DNA of 40,577 nucleotides from assembly GCA_034430355.1 (NCBI GenBank), contig DAOUFA010000080.1, forward strand, positions 1 through 40,577, written 5' to 3'. Position 1 is the first letter of the stretch, and the number at the start of each line of letters is the position of its first letter. The position numbers and the translations under genes are program-made. The notes below the pieces were generated by a model. That model made no database searches. It worked only from the letters and a program-made list of their open reading frames with translations, and had not been told where the DNA came from. This document shows positions 34,515 through 40,577 of the stretch, one piece after another. This DNA comes from Dehalococcoidales bacterium (GTDB taxonomy: Bacteria > Chloroflexota > Dehalococcoidia > Dehalococcoidales > E44-bin46).

Positions 34515-35813
34515 CTAGAAACCTTTAGGTGAGGTGATGCCCAAGTATTTCTCCATTAGTTCCATAGCACAGAAATCCCCACACATACTACAAGCCACCC
34601 CAGCCGAAGCATGCTTACTATGAACTTGACGAGACAGCTCAGGGTCTAAGGACAGCCTGGCTTGCTCCTGCCAATCAAGCTTCTTTCGTGCCAGAGACAT
34701 CCTCCTATCCCAGTCCTCAGCCCCGTTTACCCCTTTAACTATATCGCCAGCATGGGCGGCAATACGCGAGGCTATCACCCCTTGCCTCACATCTTCGGGG
34801 TCTGGTAGAGAAAGATGCTCGGCTGGCGTCACATAGCACAGAAAATCGGTACCGGCAGCGGCAGCGATAGCCCCACCTATAGCCCCGGTGATATGGTCAT
34901 AGCCAGCGGCAATATCAGTCACCAGTGGACCTAACACATAGAAAGGAGCCCCCTTGCAGATAGCCTTCTCTAACTGAACATTAGCCTCAATCTGGTTCAA
35001 GGGTAAGTGCCCCGGACCCTCAACCATTGCCTGAACTCCAGCTTGCTGAGCCCGCTGTACCAATTCCCCGATAATAAGTAGTTCCTCAACCTGGGCTCGG
35101 TCGGTAGCATCAGCCAGGCTGCCAGGACGCATCCCATCGCCAAGGCTCAGCGTTACATCAAACTCTCTGGCTATCGCCAGCAGGCGGTCATAATACTCAT
35201 AGAGGGGATTTTCTCGCTCATTGTGAAGCATCCAGCCTATCAGGAAAGCACCCCCTCGAGATACAACATCGGTTACCCTTCCCTGCTGCTTAAGCTTGGC
35301 GATAGCCGACCGGGTTACACCACAATGCACGGTTACGAAATCAACGCCATCGCGAGCATGCTCTTCAATCCCAGCAAATAGGTCATCAACGGTCATTTTG
35401 ACTATAGCGCCACATCTATCTATCGCCTCAATCCCGGCCTGGTAAATAGGCACCGTTCCTATCGGTACCGAGCTTGCGGCAATAATGGCCCGCCGAATAG
35501 CCGATATATCGCCACCGGTGCTCAAGTCCATAACCGTATCTGCCCCTGAGTCGATAGCCACTCGCAACTTTTCCAGCTCGGTGTCAATATTACCAAAGTC
35601 AGAAGAGGTTCCGATATTGGCATTGACCTTGGTTTTGAGCCCCTGACCGATGCCACAGGGAACGAGGTTGGTGTGGTTGATATTAGCCGGAATTACTATC
35701 GTCCCTTTAGCCACACCCTGCCGAATGAACTCAGCATCCACCCCCTCCTGCTCAGCCACCAGCTTCATTGGCGATGAAATTATACCTTCTTTGGCCAATT
35801 CCAGTTGAGTCAT
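34515..35813 (-). CDS. thiC: Phosphomethylpyrimidine synthase ThiC
   Basis: The C-terminal cluster is CSMCGDFCA and the ThiC core is conserved. The start is placed at the second ATG ([10 protein letters not shown]), which has GGAGGTG 5 nt upstream. The track ORF begins at 35825. Confidence 0.93.
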   Translation of the reverse strand: MTQLELAKEGIISSPMKLVAEQEGVDAEFIRQGVAKGTIVIPANINHTNLVPCGIGQGLKTKVNANIGTSSDFGNIDTELEKLRVAIDSGADTVMDLSTGGDISAIRRAIIAASSVPIGTVPIYQAGIEAIDRCGAIVKMTVDDLFAGIEEHARDGVDFVTVHCGVTRSAIAKLKQQGRVTDVVSRGGAFLIGWMLHNERENPLYEYYDRLLAIAREFDVTLSLGDGMRPGSLADATDRAQVEELLIIGELVQRAQQAGVQAMVEGPGHLPLNQIEANVQLEKAICKGAPFYVLGPLVTDIAAGYDHITGAIGGAIAAAAGTDFLCYVTPAEHLSLPDPEDVRQGVIASRIAAHAGDIVKGVNGAEDWDRRMSLARKKLDWQEQARLSLDPELSRQVHSKHASAGVACSMCGDFCAMELMEKYLGITSPKGF

Positions 35814-35823
35814 ATCCACCTCC

Positions 35824-35870
35824 ATAAAAATAGACCAAGGGTTTCAGCGGTTAATACTAGACCCTTGGTC
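35824..35870 (-). terminator. Riboswitch expression-platform terminator
   Basis: The minus strand reads AGACCAAGGG-n20-CCCTTGGTCT followed by ATTTTTA. It lies between the TPP aptamer and the thiC RBS. Confidence 0.6.
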
Positions 35871-35877
35871 TAGGTTG

Positions 35878-35967
35878 CTACCGCTTCCCTACGCTCGTAT
35901 TACCAAGATCAGGTTCCCAGGGTTGGCATCAAATCGCCTCTCAGCTTTTGAGCACCCCTAGCGGTTT
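35878..35967 (-). promoter_or_regulatory. TPP (THI-box) riboswitch aptamer
   Basis: The minus strand reads CCGCTAGGGGTGCTC..GCTGAGAGG...AACCCTGGGAACCTGATCTTGGTAATACGAGCGTAGGGAAGCGG. The conserved GGGGUGC, CUGAGA, ACCUGAUCUGGAUAAUGCCAGCG-type and GGGA elements are all present, upstream of thiC. Confidence 0.88.
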
Positions 35968-36119
35968 GCCTATTAAGTTTACTTTATAATATTAACATAA
36001 GAGAATCTGAAACGCAAATGTACCTTGTTATTGGATTATCTACCTCACCCGCTTTATGCACCCTAAAAAATCTTTGATTTTTCAGGGAACCCGCTTTAGA
36101 TTTTTATTGGTAACCCTAT

Positions 36120-36310
36120 CCCCTTTATCCCCTTCCCCTTGATAAGGGGAAGGGGAATTATTTTTTAGAGGGGCTTCGCCCCTCTAACACCCCCTGATTA
36201 TTGCTTATAGCCGAGGCTCCGCCTCCCTTTGACTCTCTGTAATATGGATATATATTCCTATCATGAGGGGGAATTATTATGTAAGAGAGGCTTCGCCTCT
36301 CTTTAACTCT
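36120..36310. repeat. Cluster of G/C-run hairpin repeats (REP-like)
   Basis: The hairpins are CCCCTTCCCCTT-gat-AAGGGGAAGGGG (36129-36155), TAGAGGGGC-ttc-GCCCCTCTA (36166-36186), GAGGC-tcc-GCCTC (36213-36225) and AAGAGAGGC-ttc-GCCTCTCTT (36283-36303). Two units share the flank GGGGAATTATT. Confidence 0.7.
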
Positions 36311-36351
36311 CCTTACCCCAGCTGCAGGAGCAATGGTATAATGATATTGCT

Positions 36352-37071
36352 ATGGAAAAACTTAGCGCTGGGGCTAGAAAATTAGGGCTGCCGCTTAATC
36401 AAAGGCAACTTGAGCAGTTTCATATCTACTATCAAGAGTTGGTAGATTGGAATAAGCGGGTGAACCTTACCCGCATAACTGGTTATGAGGAGGTGCAAAT
36501 AAAGCACTTCCTTGACTCTCTCACTGTGGCCCTGGCCTGGCAGCCATTGCCACCCAAAGCTGACTTCCGCCTTATTGATGTCGGCACTGGTGCTGGCGTG
36601 CCAGGGATACCGCTTAAAATTCTGTTGCCTGATATAAGGCTAGTCCTGCTTGACTCCATAGCCAAAAAGGCAGCCTTTTTACACCACCTCAAACATAAAC
36701 TTGGGCTGGATAATGTTGAAATCGTAGTTGGTCGGGCTGAAGAAATTGCCCATCAGCCACAATACCGGGAGAACTTTGATATAGTGCTTTCCCGAGGTGT
36801 TGCCCCGCTGGCAACTCTGGTTGAATTAACCCTGCCCTTTTGCCTTATTGGCGGTAGCTTTATTGCCCAGAAAAAGGGGGCTACTGACCCAGAAATAAGC
36901 CAGGCAGGTAAGGCGATTAGCCTATCCGGGGGGAGGCTGCGGGAGGTGAAACGGGTCAACCTGGAAGAGTTTACCGATGAGCGCCGGTTAGTAATAATTG
37001 ACAAGGTATCGCCAACGCCTGAGCTATACCCCCGCCGCCCCGGCATACCAGCAAAAAGACCAATCGTGTAA
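36352..37071 (+). CDS. rsmG: 16S rRNA (guanine527-N7)-methyltransferase RsmG
   Basis: The sequence is GidB/RsmG-like: YYQELVDWNKRVNLTRITGYEEVQIKHFLDSL and the SAM motif IDVGTGAGVPGIPLKI. Confidence 0.9.
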   Translation: MEKLSAGARKLGLPLNQRQLEQFHIYYQELVDWNKRVNLTRITGYEEVQIKHFLDSLTVALAWQPLPPKADFRLIDVGTGAGVPGIPLKILLPDIRLVLLDSIAKKAAFLHHLKHKLGLDNVEIVVGRAEEIAHQPQYRENFDIVLSRGVAPLATLVELTLPFCLIGGSFIAQKKGATDPEISQAGKAISLSGGRLREVKRVNLEEFTDERRLVIIDKVSPTPELYPRRPGIPAKRPIV

Positions 37072-37087
37072 CATAAAGAGCCTAAAT

Positions 37088-37906
37088 ATGAAAATAAAAT
37101 ATCTCAGCAGTATCTTGGTTTTGTTCCTTCTAATTTTAGCCACTGGTTGTGCTACTCCTGCCACTCCTCTAGTCACCAGGGTGATTGATGGCGACACCAT
37201 TGAAGTTAACATTGGTAGCACAATGCACAAGGTTCGCTATATTGGCATAGATACGCCAGAACTGGACGATAAGCGAGCCGAATATTGTGCCCTGGCGCAA
37301 GAGGCTACTAGATATAATAAGCAGCTAGTAGAAGGAAAAAGCGTTCGGCTGGAGAAAGATGTTTCCGAAATTGACAAATATGGAAGGCTTCTACGCTATG
37401 TTTATGTTGATGATATCTTCATCAATGCTGAGCTGGTAAGGCAAGGGCTTGCTTGGGTTAAAGCCTACGAACCTGATACTAAGTACCAGGACACTCTAGA
37501 CAAAGCCGAGTCAGAGGCAAGGCAGGACAGAATAGGGATTTGGCGAGAGATTCAGCCATCACCACCGATAATAGTTCAAAATGTCCAAATTACTTACATT
37601 TTTTATGATGGTCTGGTGCCTAATGTAGAGTCTGATGAATATGTAGAAATCACCAACCTCGGAGACCAACCACAGGAGCTAGCTGGCTGTGTGCTAAGGG
37701 ATATATCAGAGGGGTATCCATCATTCACTTTCCCACCTTATATCTTGACTCCGGGCCAAAGCATTCGAGTCTATACCAACGAATATCATCCCGAATGGGG
37801 AGGATTCAGTTTTGAATATAGCCGAGCCATTTGGAACAACAGCGAACCTGATGTAGCTGTGCTCTACGATAACCAGGGTAATGAGGTCTCTCGAAAGAGT
37901 TATTAA
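37088..37906 (+). CDS. Secreted thermonuclease (SNase-like) lipoprotein with C-terminal lamin-tail domain
   Basis: The start is taken at MKIKYLSSILVLFLLILATGC (lipobox). The track ORF start at 36998 overlaps rsmG. The SNase motifs are VIDGDTIEV...VRYIGIDTPE...RLLRYVY. The LTD-like tail is DEYVEITNLGDQPQELAGCVLRD...LTPGQSIRVYT. Confidence 0.8.
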   Translation: MKIKYLSSILVLFLLILATGCATPATPLVTRVIDGDTIEVNIGSTMHKVRYIGIDTPELDDKRAEYCALAQEATRYNKQLVEGKSVRLEKDVSEIDKYGRLLRYVYVDDIFINAELVRQGLAWVKAYEPDTKYQDTLDKAESEARQDRIGIWREIQPSPPIIVQNVQITYIFYDGLVPNVESDEYVEITNLGDQPQELAGCVLRDISEGYPSFTFPPYILTPGQSIRVYTNEYHPEWGGFSFEYSRAIWNNSEPDVAVLYDNQGNEVSRKSY

Positions 37907-37965
37907 TTAGTAAAACATTCCCTAACCATTGAGCAAGGATTATAAAGCTGTTTTTTAACGGTAGC

Positions 37966-38032
37966 TTGAAGGGGCTTCACCCCTTTAAAACTTATACTTC
38001 CCCCCCTTCAAAGGAGAGGGGGATAAAGGGGG
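37966..38032. repeat. Second copy cluster of the G/C-run hairpin repeat family
   Basis: The hairpin is TTGAAGGGG-cttca-CCCCTTTAA. GGGGATAAAGGGG (38019-38031) is the exact inverted copy of CCCCTTTATCCCC at 36120-36132. Confidence 0.6.
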
Positions 38033-38126
38033 TGAGGTAGACAAAGAGGTTGATAAACAAGCTAAACCAGAGTAAAATATATTTATGACAAAAGTAGCGA
38101 GGTTACAGTAAAGGAGACGTAAAAAC

Positions 38127-39008
38127 GTGGAAAGTGGCACATGGAAGGTTAAAGCTGGGCTGGCTCAAATGCTGAAAGGCGGGGTGATTATGGATATAAT
38201 CAACGCCGACCAAGCCAAGATTGCCCAGGAGGCTGGTGCTTGTGCTGTGATGGCACTGGAGAGGGTCCCAGCCGATATTCGCACTGCTGGTGGTGTGGCT
38301 CGCATGGCTGACCCAGCGATTATTGAAGCCATTATGAAAGCCGTTTCCATACCGGTAATGGCTAAGTGCCGCATCGGTCACTTTGTGGAGGCTCAAGCAT
38401 TGGAGGCTATTGGTGTAGACTATATTGATGAGTCTGAAGTGCTTACCCCGGCTGATGAATCACACCATATCTGGAAGCACGACTTTAAGGTTCCTTTTGT
38501 CTGCGGCTGCCGTGACCTGGGTGAAGCCCTGCGTCGTATCGGTGAGGGGGCAGCTATGATTAGAACCAAGGGTGAGGCTGGCACGGGCAATATTGTAGAG
38601 GCAGTCAGGCATATGCGAGCGGTAATGGACGGTATCCGCAGGCTGGTAAACACACCTCAGGACGAGTTGATGACACAGGCTAAGGAAATGGGTGCCCCCT
38701 TTGAACTGGTAGAGGAGATACATAGAACCGGGAAACTGCCGGTGGTCAATTTTGCCGCTGGCGGAGTGGCTACTCCGGCCGATGCGGCCCTAATGATGCA
38801 GCTAGGTGCTGAGGGTGTCTTTGTTGGTTCAGGTATATTTAAATCCAGCAACCCAGAGGTTAGAGCCAGGGCAATTGTCAAAGCGACTACCCACTTTCAA
38901 GACCCAGAAATCATCGCTGAGGTCTCCAAAAACCTGGGCCAAGCCATGCCCGGATTAGATATAAAACAAATCCCGCCTGAGGAACTGCTGGCATCTAGAG
39001 GATGGTAG
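38127..39008 (+). CDS. pdxS: Pyridoxal 5'-phosphate synthase, lyase subunit PdxS
   Basis: The sequence reads [42 protein letters not shown].... The start is GTG, with AAAGGAG 9 nt upstream. Confidence 0.95.
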   Translation: MESGTWKVKAGLAQMLKGGVIMDIINADQAKIAQEAGACAVMALERVPADIRTAGGVARMADPAIIEAIMKAVSIPVMAKCRIGHFVEAQALEAIGVDYIDESEVLTPADESHHIWKHDFKVPFVCGCRDLGEALRRIGEGAAMIRTKGEAGTGNIVEAVRHMRAVMDGIRRLVNTPQDELMTQAKEMGAPFELVEEIHRTGKLPVVNFAAGGVATPADAALMMQLGAEGVFVGSGIFKSSNPEVRARAIVKATTHFQDPEIIAEVSKNLGQAMPGLDIKQIPPEELLASRGW

Positions 39009-39009
39009 T

Positions 39010-39597
39010 ATGAGAATAGGTGTCCTTGCCTCGCAAGGAGCCTTTGCTGAGCATATAGATATATTGCACCAACTAGAGGTAGAGGCACTGCCCGTCCGCC
39101 TGCCCTCAGAACTTAGGGGCTGGGGCGGGCTAATTATACCCGGAGGCGAAAGCACCTCTATTAGCCGGTTGATGCTGGATTATAACCTGGTGAGCGAGAT
39201 AAGAAACCTAGCTAAGAGCGGTCTGCCAATACTTGGCACCTGTGCCGGTATGATACTTCTAGCCAAGGAGATTTTAGATTCTGATGTAGAACCTCTGGAG
39301 CTAATGGACATAACAGTTAGACGTAACGCCTTTGGTCGACAAAAGGAGAGCTTTGAAACTGAACTCATAATACCAGTGCTGGGCGAAAAGCCCTTTCCCG
39401 GTGTATTCATTCGAGCCCCCATAATTGAGCAGTCAAATAGTGAAGTAGAAATATTAACCAGGTTAACTAATGGTACTGGCGTAGCTGCCAGGCAAGGAAA
39501 GATACTAGCTTCTGCTTTTCATCCTGAGCTGACTAACGACCTGAGATTTCATCAATATTTCCTGAATATCGTAGCCGAAGGAACAAATTCAGGTTAA
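39010..39597 (+). CDS. pdxT: Pyridoxal 5'-phosphate synthase, glutaminase subunit PdxT
   Basis: The sequence is MRIGVLASQGAFAEH...LIIPGGESTS...GTCAGMILLA, a class I glutamine amidotransferase. It lies immediately downstream of pdxS. Confidence 0.95.
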   Translation: MRIGVLASQGAFAEHIDILHQLEVEALPVRLPSELRGWGGLIIPGGESTSISRLMLDYNLVSEIRNLAKSGLPILGTCAGMILLAKEILDSDVEPLELMDITVRRNAFGRQKESFETELIIPVLGEKPFPGVFIRAPIIEQSNSEVEILTRLTNGTGVAARQGKILASAFHPELTNDLRFHQYFLNIVAEGTNSG

Positions 39598-39603
39598 AGG
39601 GGA

Positions 39604-40577
39604 ATGGGTTTGCAAAAGGTAATTACCGATGACCTAGACGCTTTGCTTGACATTTTACCGCCCCATATTCGCCAGCCATTATGCCAGCGAAGCGACAACA
39701 GCGAACTGCTGGAAGTAGTCCTAGACCTAGGTCGCCCCTCCGAAGCCCGCTTCCCCCAGCGAGAAGTAGTCCTCAGCCCCCAAGAGGCCAGTGAACAGGA
39801 CATTGACTACGTGGTCTCACGCATCGGTAGCTTCGGCGATGACAATCGGGCTGGAATTGAGCGCACTTTACACCGCATCTCAGCTATCCGCAACCGTGAG
39901 GGGCAAATTGTCGGGCTTACCTGTCGGGTGGGTCGAGCGGTGTTTGGCACCATAAAAATTATTGAAGACCTTGTCCAATCAGGCAAGAGCATCTTATTGC
40001 TCGGTCGTCCCGGGGTAGGCAAAACAACGATGCTACGCGAGGTCGCCCGGGTACTAGCCGACGACTTTAATAAACGGGTTATCATCGTTGACACCTCAAA
40101 TGAAATTGCCGGCGATGGTGATATTCCCCACCCGGCTATCGGACACGCCCGGCGGATGCAGGTAACTACCCCCACCAAGCAGCACGCAGTGATGATTGAA
40201 GCCGTAGAAAACCACATGCCTGAGGTAATCGTTATTGATGAGATGGGTACTGAGCTTGAGGCTCAGGCAGCGCGAACCATCGCCGAGCGTGGAGTCCAGC
40301 TAATCGGTACCGCTCACGGTAACACGCTGGAAAATCTGATAATGAACCCCACCCTGTCCGACCTTATCGGCGGTATTCAGAGCGTAACCCTGGGTGATGA
40401 AGAGGCCAAGCGGAGGGGGACACAGAAGTCCATACTGGAGCGCAGGGCACCGCCTACCTTTGATATCGTGGTTGAAATCCAGGAGTGGGACAAGGTAGCA
40501 ATTCAACCCGATGTTAGCCAGGCGGTTGATGCTACCCTACGTGGTCAACCTATAGCTACCGAGACTCGCTGGCTGGA
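39604..40577 (+). CDS. AAA-type ATPase, SpoIIIAA/Ycf45-like (R3H-domain family); 3' end outside window
   Basis: This ORF is not in the track because it runs off the window. My own translation is [26 protein letters not shown]...[22 protein letters not shown]...[32 protein letters not shown], with Walker A and Walker B motifs. Confidence 0.8.
   Translation, partial: MGLQKVITDDLDALLDILPPHIRQPLCQRSDNSELLEVVLDLGRPSEARFPQREVVLSPQEASEQDIDYVVSRIGSFGDDNRAGIERTLHRISAIRNREGQIVGLTCRVGRAVFGTIKIIEDLVQSGKSILLLGRPGVGKTTMLREVARVLADDFNKRVIIVDTSNEIAGDGDIPHPAIGHARRMQVTTPTKQHAVMIEAVENHMPEVIVIDEMGTELEAQAARTIAERGVQLIGTAHGNTLENLIMNPTLSDLIGGIQSVTLGDEEAKRRGTQKSILERRAPPTFDIVVEIQEWDKVAIQPDVSQAVDATLRGQPIATETRWL

Noticed and set aside
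36120-36310. CRISPR array
   Set aside because: The repeats are short hairpins of differing sequence with irregular spacing and no uniform repeat-spacer periodicity. No cas genes are in the window.
36998-37087. Upstream extension of the nuclease ORF (302-aa model starting at 36998)
   Set aside because: It overlaps the 3' end of rsmG in another frame. The internal ATG at 37088 gives a textbook lipoprotein signal peptide.

Overview
This is about 40.6 kb of bacterial chromosome. Gene content and style suggest a Chloroflexota/Dehalococcoidia-like organism, but that is inference only. Most of the window is conserved housekeeping. It holds a MacB-type ABC transporter, a four-tRNA cluster, ruvX-alaS, holA, ychF, ADP-forming acetyl-CoA synthetase, DAHP synthase, a greA-like gene, an M50 protease and cinA. 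It also holds thi4-thiC behind a TPP riboswitch, rsmG, a secreted nuclease, pdxS-pdxT and an R3H/AAA ATPase. The core is interrupted at about 10.5-21.1 kb by a clearly AT-richer integrative element of about 10.5 kb inserted at the 3' end of tRNA-Asn(GTT). The element carries a large serine recombinase whose stop codon lies inside the tRNA. It also carries an excisionase-like HTH, a rolling-circle-type Rep, a SpoVG-like protein and a methyltransferase+specificity pair that looks BcgI-like (Type IIB) and has no HsdR. Two of its parts are unexplained. One is a translationally coupled three-gene operon with no motifs I recognise. The other is a promoter-to-terminator, GC-enriched, visibly structured noncoding segment of about 370 nt (up to about 650 nt). 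These are my best candidates for an undescribed system. Short copies of the tRNA 3' end mark the element's left edge and a third site further left. Outside the element, the notable items are a stand-alone protein built from two CARF/Csa3-like half-domains next to two small HTH regulators with paralogous promoters, a large legumain-like lipoprotein with a tandem C-terminal domain duplication, and a GreA fusion. There are also G/C-rich hairpin repeats flanking rsmG and the nuclease gene. All functional calls come from reading the translations by eye. No database search was run.
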